From NCBI GenBank assembly GCA_051532035.1, contig JAOPTW010000006.1, forward strand, positions 128,001 to 192,000: a stretch of 64,000 nucleotides of DNA. Reading direction: 5' to 3'. This stretch comes from Fibrobacterales bacterium. Lineage in GTDB: Bacteria; Fibrobacterota; Fibrobacteria; Fibrobacterales; JAOPTW01. A program made the translations under genes and the position numbers. Of this stretch, positions 18,386 to 27,532 are shown piece after piece. Below the pieces are notes generated by a model. The model worked only from the letters and a program-made list of their open reading frames with translations. It was not told the origin of the DNA and searched no databases. Numbering within the stretch: position 1 is the first letter of the stretch; each line of letters opens with the position of its first letter.

Positions 18386-19897
18386 ATGACGCGTCTAATT
18401 AGTTGCATCACCTTTTTTGCCCTATTCTGCATCGTTTCAGCCCATGCAAAACCGGTGACACTCAAAATGTGGATCATGAACAATGGTTCTCGTGCAGTAT
18501 GGCAACTCCAACAAACAACTGAAGCCTTTCAAAAACAACACCCTCATATTAAGCTCGATATACAATTAGTAAACTGGGGAGAGGCATGGACAAAACTTAA
18601 AATTCTCTCACAGACGCATAGCGGCCCCGACATAGTACAGGTTGGCTCAACCTGGGTCCCTCACTTTGCCGAAACAGACCTTTTCCTCAATTTAAAACCG
18701 TATCTCACTCAGTTTGGAGGCAAAGAGAGCTTTTTCTCTTCTGCATGGAGCTCTTCATTCAGTGATAATCATCCCCAAATGATCGCAGCAGTCCCCTGGT
18801 TTTTGGACAACAAAATATTAATGCTCAATCAAGAGATGTTCAACGCGTTCAATTTTACCACTCGAGACTTCAAAGACTGGAAATCAACTAAAAACTCTCT
18901 CATGCGGGTTAAAGAGGCCCAGTTAACCACTCCAACAGGAGATCAAATCTGGCCCTTTGCCTTCCCTGGCTTTGGCACTTATAATGTGGTACACAACCTT
19001 GCCCCTTGGCTCTGGTCAAGCGGTGGTTCCTTCTTAAAAAAGGGTGGAGCCCATTGGCACAGTAACCTGAGTGATACAAACTCTATTGAAGCCATTAAAT
19101 ATTATATATCTCTGATGCGAGACAGTATTGTGAATGCAAGGGATCTCGACCAAAGTAATACCTATGTCGATAACCTCTTTGTGGAGGGAAAAGTTTTTCT
19201 CTACCTTACCGGCACCGGTCAACTCGTCAGTGATGCACGAGGTGACAAAAGTCCCTACCCCTTCTCAACCACCTACCTTCCTACTCCACAGTCCACTCGA
19301 GGTACCAAACAACAGTTTAGTTTTCTCGGAGGGAGCAACTTAGCTATTACCCGTTTTAGTAAACACAGAAACGAAGCTATAGCACTCATTACCTATTTAA
19401 TGAATGATAAGGTCAATGCAGAGTATAGCACTGCTATCGGTGCCATAAGTAGTAAAAAACATTTCAAGCGATACCTCCCCCATGTTGACTCAGCAGCCAT
19501 TTACCTTCTCGAAAGCAGCGTGACCCAAGGCCGATCATATCCAAATATTCCTCAATGGGGCGATTTAGTTCTGCCAATCAAAGATGGGCTTGTTTCTCTC
19601 TTTCTTCTTGCAGGAGGTGCTTATGGTGAATATGGCGATGAAGAAGTCTTAGAACAAACTCTTGCTATTGACCGAATAATAAATAAAAGACTGGGCCTCT
19701 CTATTGCAACTCAAGATTCCCTAGCTCAATCCTACCAACAAACCTTTATTCAAAAACAGCGCAATCGCACCACACCCTTTGCACAGACCTTTTCTCAAAG
19801 GCCGCAGGAACGCTGGTTTGAAGCGACACTGCTTATTATCTGCATATTACTCTTGGGGGGCGTAGTAGCCCTCAAGCGTATTGGGCAAAACAGATAA
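18386..19897 (+). CDS. Sugar-type extracellular solute-binding protein with C-terminal TM anchor
   Basis: Signal peptide MTRLISCITFFALFCIVSAHA; GPDIVQVGSTWV, AVPWF, FLGGSNLAI; C-terminal hydrophobic LLIICILLLGGVVAL followed by KR. Confidence 0.82.
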   Translation: MTRLISCITFFALFCIVSAHAKPVTLKMWIMNNGSRAVWQLQQTTEAFQKQHPHIKLDIQLVNWGEAWTKLKILSQTHSGPDIVQVGSTWVPHFAETDLFLNLKPYLTQFGGKESFFSSAWSSSFSDNHPQMIAAVPWFLDNKILMLNQEMFNAFNFTTRDFKDWKSTKNSLMRVKEAQLTTPTGDQIWPFAFPGFGTYNVVHNLAPWLWSSGGSFLKKGGAHWHSNLSDTNSIEAIKYYISLMRDSIVNARDLDQSNTYVDNLFVEGKVFLYLTGTGQLVSDARGDKSPYPFSTTYLPTPQSTRGTKQQFSFLGGSNLAITRFSKHRNEAIALITYLMNDKVNAEYSTAIGAISSKKHFKRYLPHVDSAAIYLLESSVTQGRSYPNIPQWGDLVLPIKDGLVSLFLLAGGAYGEYGDEEVLEQTLAIDRIINKRLGLSIATQDSLAQSYQQTFIQKQRNRTTPFAQTFSQRPQERWFEATLLIICILLLGGVVALKRIGQNR

Positions 19898-19976
19898 CGG
19901 CTCCTTAATACCATCCATACTCATCTTCATTTACTCAGATGACCCTATGCTTATACCATAGTTTAATTTAGGGAAT

Positions 19977-20009
19977 AAAAAAAGCCGATGTCGTAATGAC
20001 ACCGGCTTT
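19977..20009 (-). terminator. Rho-independent terminator of pyk
   Basis: On - strand AAAGCCGGTGTC-loop-GACATCGGCTTT then TTTT. Confidence 0.8.
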
Positions 20010-20029
20010 AGAAGTTCTTCGAAAAGATC

Positions 20030-21439
20030 TTATTTTACACAGTTACCCGCAAGATTGATCTCCATGTTATTAGTGTTTCCACCTGGAGCATTGAGAGTAG
20101 AAATGATCATTGTGATCAAGTCATCATTTGCAAGTTTACCATCTTTGATAAGAGCAGATACTGCATTCTGTCTGATGCCACCTTCACGAGAGATTGGGAA
20201 AGCCTCAACACCGTAAGAAAGTGCAAGAATTTTTTGACCTTTACCATCGATACACGCTGCATATACAGGTGCTTTTGAACGGTAAGAAGCAACATCACGA
20301 GCAGTTTTACCTGTTGCAGTAGGAACAACAAGTGCTTTAACGTCTAGGTTTTGAGCAGCTTTAACTGCAGCTTTACCAACATAACGTTTGATATCGATGT
20401 GTTTAACATCCATTGCAGCAGGGTTAAGCTCATCACGTGTAGACTCAACTTCTTTAGAGATGCGAGTCATAAGAGAAACTGCTTCAACTGGATAATCACC
20501 ATATGCTGTTTCACCAGAAAGCATGATTGCATCAGTACCATCAAGTACTGCATTTGCAACGTCTGAGATCTCTGCACGAGTAGCACGTGGGTTTTTGATC
20601 ATTGATTCAAGCATTTGAGTTGCAGTAATTACAGGCTTGCCCGCTTGGATACATTTTTTAATGATCATTTTTTGAATTTGTGGAACTTTTTCACCAGGAA
20701 CTTCGATACCCATATCGCCACGAGCAACCATGATACCATAAGACTCTTCGATGATCTCATCAATATTATCAACACCCTCTTGGTTTTCGATTTTAGAGAT
20801 AATTTTTACATCTTTACCAGACTCATCGATGATCGCTTGAACATCTTTAACATCTTGTGCATGACGTACAAATGAATGAGCGATGAAATCAAGGTCATGA
20901 TCACATGCAAATTTAATGAAGTTTTTATCTTTCTCAGTAAGAGAAGGAAGTTTGATAGCAACACCAGGAACATTTACTGATTTAAAACGTTTGAACTCAC
21001 CATCATTCATGATAGTACACTCTAGTTTTTCGTCAGTTTTTGAATCTACGCGAAGCTCAAGGTATCCATCATCAATAAGGATTTGAGTTCCAACTGGAAC
21101 GTCTTTAGCAAAACTAGGATAGTTAACTTGTAACACTTCTTTAGTAGTTTTAACACCATCTAAAGCTTTACATTCAACAGTTACTTTATCACCTGTTTTA
21201 ACATCAATAGCATCATCTAATTCACCAGTACGTACTTCTGGTCCTTTAGTATCTACAAGGATTGCAATATTTCCATCAACGGCATAAATATTTTCTAATA
21301 CACTTACAGTAGTTTCAGGAAGTTGGTGAGCTGTATTAATACGAACAACATTCATTCCAGAAGCATAGAGCTCTGTGAGGAAAGGAACGTCACATTTTCT
21401 GTCTGAGATGGTACAAACTATCTTGGTCTTTTTTTGCAT
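20030..21439 (-). CDS. pyk: Pyruvate kinase
   Basis: KTKIVCTI, DTKGPEVRTG, KIENQEG, MVARGDMG, TATQMLESM, DAIMLSGETA. Confidence 0.97.
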   Translation of the reverse strand: MQKKTKIVCTISDRKCDVPFLTELYASGMNVVRINTAHQLPETTVSVLENIYAVDGNIAILVDTKGPEVRTGELDDAIDVKTGDKVTVECKALDGVKTTKEVLQVNYPSFAKDVPVGTQILIDDGYLELRVDSKTDEKLECTIMNDGEFKRFKSVNVPGVAIKLPSLTEKDKNFIKFACDHDLDFIAHSFVRHAQDVKDVQAIIDESGKDVKIISKIENQEGVDNIDEIIEESYGIMVARGDMGIEVPGEKVPQIQKMIIKKCIQAGKPVITATQMLESMIKNPRATRAEISDVANAVLDGTDAIMLSGETAYGDYPVEAVSLMTRISKEVESTRDELNPAAMDVKHIDIKRYVGKAAVKAAQNLDVKALVVPTATGKTARDVASYRSKAPVYAACIDGKGQKILALSYGVEAFPISREGGIRQNAVSALIKDGKLANDDLITMIISTLNAPGGNTNNMEINLAGNCVK

Positions 21440-21597
21440 ATCTATTTTCCAGTTTTGTTTTAATTTTCAGTTTGGATCAAATGTAATATTTTTTGCCTTG
21501 AATTTAACGGGATTTGCATTATAATTTGCTACTTTGCTTTTAAAAAGCTGTTTCTCATACTTTTCAAACCAAAGTTCTTTAAAGCCAGGCCCCATCT

Positions 21598-23955
21598 ATG
21601 ACAAAAGCGTCGAATCTATCTGATAATTCAGACATTTTAGTTGAAATTCCTCAAAAACTTCCAGTAATACCCATCAGGGATTCAGTCATCTATCCAGGCT
21701 CGATTCATCCACTTCTTCTTGGAAGAGAAGCCTCTATTCAGGCTGCTGATTATGCGCAAAATCGCTCAGAAGGGCTCATTTTTCTTGCTCTCCAGCATGA
21801 ACCTGAGATTGATGAAGTAGTTCCAGATCAACTCCATCGCACCGGTGTTATAGCACGGATTACCTCACAGGTAACTCTTCCCAACAACTTGAGTAAAGTA
21901 CTCGTAGAAGGATTGGTTATTGCTCGAGTCGATGAGTGGTTTGCCGGAAGTCCGCTCATGATGGCTCAAGTGACGCCACATGTTCTTAAAGCGCCACGAA
22001 AAAAGGCATTTGGCACCATCATGAGAGATATTGCTTCAAAATTTAAGCAATACGCCCAAACAACACCTGATGTACCCAATGAAATCCTCCAAACATTTGA
22101 TACGACAGAACTCCCCCCAGAGATCCTCTTTACCATAGCTCCTTTTATCAAGGCTGAACTCAGTTTAAAACAGCTCCTCCTTGAACAGCCGGGCTTTGAA
22201 CAGTTTGCAGCGCTGATAAGCGAAATTATCGATTCCAGCCGTTCAGTACTCCTCCTCAACAGAAAGATTGAGCGTGAAGTACGTGACCGCATTCAACAAT
22301 CTCAAAAAGAGTACGTCCTCAACGAGCAGTTGCGTCTCATCCATGAAGAACTGGGCCACATGCCCGAACAGAATAGCAACCCTGAGTTTCAACTCCTCCT
22401 TAAGCAACTCAAAGAGAAAGATCTTTCGGCAGAAGTATACGAGAAAGTGTACGATGAACTGAAGCGATTAGCGCTTCTCCCTCAGTCTTCACCAGAGTAT
22501 TCGGTGGTACGCAATTACATTGATTGGTTTATCTCTCTCCCTTTTGGCACGGTCACCGAAGACAACCTCAGTCTCCCTTCGGTTAAACGTCACCTGAACA
22601 AAGAACACTACGGTCTCTCTTCTATAAAAGAGCGCGTACTTGAGCATGTTGCAGTACTCAAACTTACCGAAGAGAAGTACACCCCAATACTTTGCCTTGT
22701 AGGGCCTCCTGGCGTGGGTAAAACAACCCTTGGCCGTTCTATTGCCCATGCATTAGGGCGTGAATTTATTCGTATCTCTATGGGTGGCATTCGCGACGAA
22801 GCAGAAGTACGCGGTCACCGCAGAACCTATGTTGGGGCTATGCCGGGTAAAATCATTCAAGGCATTAAACGCGCCAAGGTTATGAACCCAGTGATCCTCC
22901 TCGATGAAATTGATAAGATGGCAAGTGACTTTAGAGGTGACCCTGCCAGTGCACTGCTCGAACTCCTTGACCCAGAGCAGAACAAAGATTTTACTGATAA
23001 CTTTCTTGAGATAGGTATTGACCTGAGCAAAGCGCTCTTTATCACCACTGCCAATATTGAGATGAGTATCCCCGAACCACTTCGGGATCGGCTTGAAATA
23101 TTACGACTCGCAGGCTACCACAGCCATGAGAAACTTGCCATTGCCCAAAAGCATTTGATCCCTAAACGTCGATCATCAAATGGCCTCACAGAAGAACAGC
23201 TCACCCTTAAAGATGATGCTGTTTACCGAATCATTCACGACTACACCCGTGAAGCTGGTGTCCGTGGACTTGAAAAAGAAATTGATAAGGTTATGCGTAA
23301 ACGCGCTGTTGAAGTGGTCTCTAAAAAACGCACCTCAAATAGTGTCGATGACAAGAAACTCCAACAATACCTCGGCGTCCCTCGCTTTAGCAGATCTCAG
23401 CTCGTTAAAAAAGGTGAACCGGGACTTGTGACAGGGCTTGCATGGACCTCTGTTGGTGGTGAGATATTACAAATTGAGTGCGCACTCATGGCAGGTAAAG
23501 GCAAACTGAGCCTTACAGGAACCCTCGGTGATGTGATGAAAGAGTCAGCACAGATTGCCCTGACCCTTACTAAAAAACGCGTAGAAAGCTTTGGTATTGA
23601 CCCTAAAATATTCAATGAGACCGATATTCATATACACCTTCCCGAAGGCGCAATCCCCAAAGATGGCCCCTCTGCAGGTATTGGTCTCACACTTTCACTC
23701 CTCTCTGCCTTTACCAAAAAGACTATCGACCCAACAATTGCCTTTACCGGCGAAGTTTCACTCAGTGGTAAAGTACATGCCATTGGTGGGCTTCCTGAAA
23801 AGTCAATTGCAGCCCTCGAAGCAGGCGTCAAAACAATCATGCTCCCCAAAGAGAATGATAAAGATGTCACCGAACTCCCGGCACAAGTTAAGAAAGGGGT
23901 TAAAATTGAGAAGTTTAATACCATTGATGAAATAATTAAGAAGCTGTTTAAGTAA
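21598..23955 (+). CDS. lon: ATP-dependent Lon protease
   Basis: Lon N-domain, Walker A GPPGVGKT, GHRRTYVGAMPG, catalytic PKDGPSAG and GGLPEK. Confidence 0.97.
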   Translation: MTKASNLSDNSDILVEIPQKLPVIPIRDSVIYPGSIHPLLLGREASIQAADYAQNRSEGLIFLALQHEPEIDEVVPDQLHRTGVIARITSQVTLPNNLSKVLVEGLVIARVDEWFAGSPLMMAQVTPHVLKAPRKKAFGTIMRDIASKFKQYAQTTPDVPNEILQTFDTTELPPEILFTIAPFIKAELSLKQLLLEQPGFEQFAALISEIIDSSRSVLLLNRKIEREVRDRIQQSQKEYVLNEQLRLIHEELGHMPEQNSNPEFQLLLKQLKEKDLSAEVYEKVYDELKRLALLPQSSPEYSVVRNYIDWFISLPFGTVTEDNLSLPSVKRHLNKEHYGLSSIKERVLEHVAVLKLTEEKYTPILCLVGPPGVGKTTLGRSIAHALGREFIRISMGGIRDEAEVRGHRRTYVGAMPGKIIQGIKRAKVMNPVILLDEIDKMASDFRGDPASALLELLDPEQNKDFTDNFLEIGIDLSKALFITTANIEMSIPEPLRDRLEILRLAGYHSHEKLAIAQKHLIPKRRSSNGLTEEQLTLKDDAVYRIIHDYTREAGVRGLEKEIDKVMRKRAVEVVSKKRTSNSVDDKKLQQYLGVPRFSRSQLVKKGEPGLVTGLAWTSVGGEILQIECALMAGKGKLSLTGTLGDVMKESAQIALTLTKKRVESFGIDPKIFNETDIHIHLPEGAIPKDGPSAGIGLTLSLLSAFTKKTIDPTIAFTGEVSLSGKVHAIGGLPEKSIAALEAGVKTIMLPKENDKDVTELPAQVKKGVKIEKFNTIDEIIKKLFK

Positions 23956-23961
23956 ATAGGC

Positions 23962-24129
23962 TTACGTGAGCGGATGTCTATTCCGCCACGACTCAGCATA
24001 ATGCTTAATCCATATCTCTGCAGCAATATTTTGATTTATCTCTTGACCAACAACATCTTCGAGGTGATGACAAAAATTAAGTATTTCTTGAATTTGGTCA
24101 TCATTATCTGATGGATATTTCGAGCTCAT
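23962..24129 (-). CDS. Small (55 aa) hypothetical protein, possibly DUF4032-like; absent from ORF track
   Basis: GGGAGGG RBS before ATG; MSSKYPSDNDDQIQEILNFCHHLEDVVGQEINQNIAAEIWIKHYAESWRNRHPLT*. Confidence 0.65.
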   Translation of the reverse strand: MSSKYPSDNDDQIQEILNFCHHLEDVVGQEINQNIAAEIWIKHYAESWRNRHPLT

Positions 24130-24331
24130 ACACCCTCCCTCGCCTACTATATAGATCGTCAGTAATCCTGCAAAGTATTACCCTTTAGTCTCATTTAATT
24201 GGCAAACCTTTCATTTTGTAGTTTATTGTACAATTTCAGAAACAGACAATACATGCGTTTTCAAAGAAGTTTTACTTTTTTAGTATCGTTTTCGAACATT
24301 TTAAACGTCTTATGTATAAAAGGAGCAATCC

Positions 24332-24502
24332 ATGCTTAAACTAACACTGATGTTCATTTCCTCACTCATAATAATCGGTTGTACCGAAGGATCATTCTTT
24401 TTCGATGATAAAGCCTGTGGTTGTATTGATCCAGATTTAGAGAGCTCCAATGACTCATCTACCGAATACTCTCAAGAAGAAGAACCAAGCTCAAATTATT
24501 AA
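24332..24502 (+). CDS. Small (56 aa) putative lipoprotein; absent from ORF track
   Basis: AAGGAG RBS; MLKLTLMFISSLIIIG-C lipobox, then TEGSFFFDDKACGCIDPDLESSNDSSTEYSQEEEPSSNY*. Confidence 0.65.
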   Translation: MLKLTLMFISSLIIIGCTEGSFFFDDKACGCIDPDLESSNDSSTEYSQEEEPSSNY

Positions 24503-24589
24503 AACAACACAATGGCCTACAAAGTAGACCAAGTAATTATCAAATAATGAAATACAATGATTTGCAAAGCAAATCGAGTAATTAGACTC

Positions 24590-24614
24590 AGCAAAGGCCT
24601 CCCAAAAGGAGGCC
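24590..24614 (-). terminator. Probable terminator of the cheY-cheC-like pair
   Basis: GGCCTCC-CAAAA-GGAGGCC stem with a short U-run on the - strand. Confidence 0.5.
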
Positions 24615-24623
24615 AAGCTATAC

Positions 24624-24731
24624 TAATTTTCAATTGTAGGTGTATTCAGGCAAGGCATTTGTTTCGAGAGCGTACATGTGGTACGCCGAGAAGCAAATAA
24701 CGCAGCATGAAGCGCATACAATTGAAAATTA
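24624..24731. repeat. ~108-bp palindromic element (MITE/RPE-like)
   Basis: Perfect 15-bp terminal inverted repeat TAATTTTCAATTGTA/TACAATTGAAAATTA; nested stems ATTTGTTTC/GAAGCAAAT and GCGTAC-ATGTG-GTACGC. Confidence 0.7.
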
Positions 24732-25361
24732 AAGGTTTTCTGTGGTGAAGGTGTCGATCGACGTTCTGAGCCAGTTAAATGAGTCCTCATTATAAGTAAT
24801 AAACAGACTCCCACAAACGGTATCATTATCGAGAGAAAACTGAGCCTCAGCAATTATCGCTTCAGCATCTTCAGGAAAGACTTCATCAGTAAAACCATCA
24901 ACCTTATCGAGTAAAATATGTGGTGCTGAGAATGTATTTTCTTCATTGAATATTCCAGAAATTTTATTGATGCATGAGTTTATAAGAAGAGAGCTCACCT
25001 GAGCAAATACCATGGTTCGTTCTTCGTCACTGAGCTCTTCAGCGGAACGTTTTTCTTCATCAAATCCCATAATGTTGAGCATCTCTGCTACGAGCTCAGA
25101 TGGAATTGCTAGATACGCTGTTCCATTCCAATTACCCCAAAAGCCCTGCTCTACTATTGAGACCTCTTGATTAGAGGCTATATTTTTATTGGCAAATTCA
25201 GTTACTTCATCACCGGTCCCTATAAACACTTTTGGAACCGTTATCGTAATAAAGGAGTTTAATGCATCTGCAAGTTCTGCACACGCCGCTCCAAAACCCA
25301 TATTCATTATCTCTATAAGTATTTCGGTATCATCATTATTAAATTGACTCGCATCAGACAT
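24729..25361 (-). CDS. CheC-family CheY-P phosphatase-like protein
   Basis: First site E-x2-N-x22-P present (EIMN...TVP); second site degenerate (AQVSS); coupled to the upstream REC gene. Confidence 0.78.
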   Translation of the reverse strand: MSDASQFNNDDTEILIEIMNMGFGAACAELADALNSFITITVPKVFIGTGDEVTEFANKNIASNQEVSIVEQGFWGNWNGTAYLAIPSELVAEMLNIMGFDEEKRSAEELSDEERTMVFAQVSSLLINSCINKISGIFNEENTFSAPHILLDKVDGFTDEVFPEDAEAIIAEAQFSLDNDTVCGSLFITYNEDSFNWLRTSIDTFTTENL

Positions 25362-25725
25362 TATCTTCTATCCAGCTAAGTAGTTGAACCATACTCTCTT
25401 CTGAAGGCGGTTTATCTTGTATTTTAAGTGCACCAAGAGCAAGAACTCTCTCTTTAGCTTCTTTCTGGGCATCGGCACTATTTATTACCACTTTTGCATT
25501 TTCATCAAACTTCATAAGGATTTCAAGACACTGAAAACCATCCATTTCAGGCATTGTTAAATCGAGAAAGACGAGGTCTGGCTTATCCTTTTGATAAATT
25601 TCCAAACCCTCTTTAGCACTACCTGCCTCGACAAACTCATATTCATCCTTATTTGGAACAACCCGCATAAGCATTTTTCGGGCCACCGGAGAGTCATCTA
25701 TTACAAGAATTTTCTTAATATCCAT
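25354..25725 (-). CDS. Single-domain response regulator (CheY-like)
   Basis: ILVIDDS, LVFLDLTMPEMDG, NSAD, DKP; start set at MDIKK (25725). Confidence 0.9.
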   Translation of the reverse strand: MDIKKILVIDDSPVARKMLMRVVPNKDEYEFVEAGSAKEGLEIYQKDKPDLVFLDLTMPEMDGFQCLEILMKFDENAKVVINSADAQKEAKERVLALGALKIQDKPPSEESMVQLLSWIEDNV

Positions 25726-25840
25726 TATTAACCAGAAATTAAAAGAAACGTTACTCCATAGTACCACGATAATTTTCCAATTTCAAGAAATATTCTATCT
25801 TTTCTTTCAATTAGACAATTAACGCCTAAGGGGATATTTC

Positions 25841-26539
25841 ATGAGAAATGAGGATATTTTAACCAAAAATTTCACAGAAATTGATGCACGTATCACTCGA
25901 GCAGCTCAAAATGCGGACCGTTCTCCGAGTGAAATAACTCTTATTTGGGTATCAAAACGAAAAGGCGTAGATATGGTCACTGCTGCAGCACAAGCAGGGG
26001 CTATTCATTTTGGCGAAAACCGTATTCAGGAGGCTATTGACAAGTTCACTACTCCACCTGAAGGCTCGATACTCCATATTATTGGCCCCGTTCAAAAAAA
26101 TAAAATGAGAAAAGCAGTTTCAGTAGGGAAATGGATACATACATTGTCATCTCTCGAAGACCTTGAACGGCTCAACAATATATGCATTGAAGAGAATACA
26201 CAGATGAATGTGTTGATACAAATCAACACTTCTGAAGAAGAGAGTAAAAGTGGTGTCCCCCACGAGAAGGCTGAAAGCTTTTTAAATTCACTTCCCATTC
26301 ACTCTAATTTGTTATATTGTGGTTTAATGACCATTGGCAAAAATAGTGGAATTCCTGAAGATAGTCGTTCAGAATTCAAGTTTTTGCGAACACTACGAGA
26401 TACATTTAACAATCGCGATGAGCGATTCAGATCCTTCACTGAACTCTCTATGGGCATGACTGATGATATGCATATTGCCATTGAAGAGGGAGCAACAATG
26501 ATACGGATTGGAACAGCACTTTTTGGTGCACGAGATTAA
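25841..26539 (+). CDS. yggS: PLP homeostasis protein YggS/PROSC family
   Basis: VSK, FGENRIQE, GLMTIG, ELSMGM..D...AIEEGATMIRIGTALFG. Confidence 0.95.
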   Translation: MRNEDILTKNFTEIDARITRAAQNADRSPSEITLIWVSKRKGVDMVTAAAQAGAIHFGENRIQEAIDKFTTPPEGSILHIIGPVQKNKMRKAVSVGKWIHTLSSLEDLERLNNICIEENTQMNVLIQINTSEEESKSGVPHEKAESFLNSLPIHSNLLYCGLMTIGKNSGIPEDSRSEFKFLRTLRDTFNNRDERFRSFTELSMGMTDDMHIAIEEGATMIRIGTALFGARD

Positions 26540-26548
26540 AGGACCCTT

Positions 26549-26803
26549 ATGATTACATGGATATTAGTAAACGGCATACAACTCCTTTCAATTGGATTTT
26601 TCATCCTTGGGTTTGTCAACCTTATTCCTTCACTTAAAAATTCAGCCCTTGTTCATAAAGCTGAACCTTATACTGAACCACTCTTAAAAGCAGTGCGCAG
26701 TTATATGCCCGAAGGAAGCTTTGACTTCTCTTATTGGGTAGTATCAGGAGTACTCATGCTCCTCTCATTTGTTGTTCGTTTTGCGTTAGGCATACTATTC
26801 TAA
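26549..26803 (+). CDS. yggT: YggT/YlmG-like membrane protein
   Basis: Two hydrophobic segments, TEPLL..VR..MP...DFS motif; located between yggS and divIVA. Confidence 0.7.
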   Translation: MITWILVNGIQLLSIGFFILGFVNLIPSLKNSALVHKAEPYTEPLLKAVRSYMPEGSFDFSYWVVSGVLMLLSFVVRFALGILF

Positions 26804-26814
26804 TAGGAGTACCC

Positions 26815-27321
26815 ATGGAAATTACCCCTCTCGATATACGTAACCAAGCCTTTAAAAAGAAAAAAATCGGCGGCTATGCCCCAGAAGAGGTTGACTCATT
26901 TTTAACTCAAATCGCGAGTGATTTAGAGCTAAGAAACAAAGAGAACAATCAAATTAAAGAGAAGCTCAAACTTGCCGAAGATAAAGTGCGTCAGTTTCAA
27001 CAGATTGAAGCAACTCTTCAAGATTCTGTAGTTACTATGCAAAAAAATATTGATGAGACTCGCCGTAATGCCCATAAAGAAGCAGAGCTCATCATTGGTG
27101 AAGCAAAAGCACGAGCAGAAAAAGATACCTCTTCCATTCGAAAAGAAGCTGATGACCTCAGAGAAGAGATTTCAATTTTAAAGACTCAGCGCAAGCATCT
27201 ATTTATTAGAATGCACAATGTTATTAACTCTCAACGAGAACTTCTTGAGGCACTCGAGCTTGAAGACAACTTTGTTGAAGAAATTGCCCCCGGTGTTACC
27301 ACCAGTGAAAATTTCCGTTAA
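26815..27321 (+). CDS. divIVA: DivIVA-domain coiled-coil protein
   Basis: AGGAG RBS; MEITPLDIRNQAF.....GY..EEVD.FL signature followed by a coiled coil. Confidence 0.9.
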   Translation: MEITPLDIRNQAFKKKKIGGYAPEEVDSFLTQIASDLELRNKENNQIKEKLKLAEDKVRQFQQIEATLQDSVVTMQKNIDETRRNAHKEAELIIGEAKARAEKDTSSIRKEADDLREEISILKTQRKHLFIRMHNVINSQRELLEALELEDNFVEEIAPGVTTSENFR

Positions 27322-27529
27322 AGCACAGACAAAATCAAAAAGGAATGATGTTCTAGGCCCTGATGAGTCGGGCCTCTATACCGTACATGTCAACACCCCA
27401 CCCGTAGATGGAAAAGCAAATACAGCCATCTGTGCCCTCCTTGCCAAACACTTTAAGGTTTCTAAAAGCTCTGTGTCGGTACTCAAAGGCCAAACATCAA
27501 AACAAAAAATTATAGAGATAGAGATCTAA
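27218..27529 (+). CDS. yggU: DUF167/YggU-family protein (true start probably ~27275-27305)
   Basis: ISVKA..KSKRN, V.V.TPPVDGKAN, G.TSKQK.IEI. Confidence 0.85.
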   Translation: MLLTLNENFLRHSSLKTTLLKKLPPVLPPVKISVKAQTKSKRNDVLGPDESGLYTVHVNTPPVDGKANTAICALLAKHFKVSKSSVSVLKGQTSKQKIIEIEI

Positions 27530-27532
27530 CCT

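Noticed and set aside
23591..24026. Overlapping ORFs 23591-23935 (+) and 23628-24026 (-)
   Set aside because: Alternate-frame or antisense shadows of lon.
24623..24853. 76-aa - strand ORF spanning the palindromic element
   Set aside because: Out-of-frame overlap with the cheC-like gene; no RBS; better explained by the palindrome.
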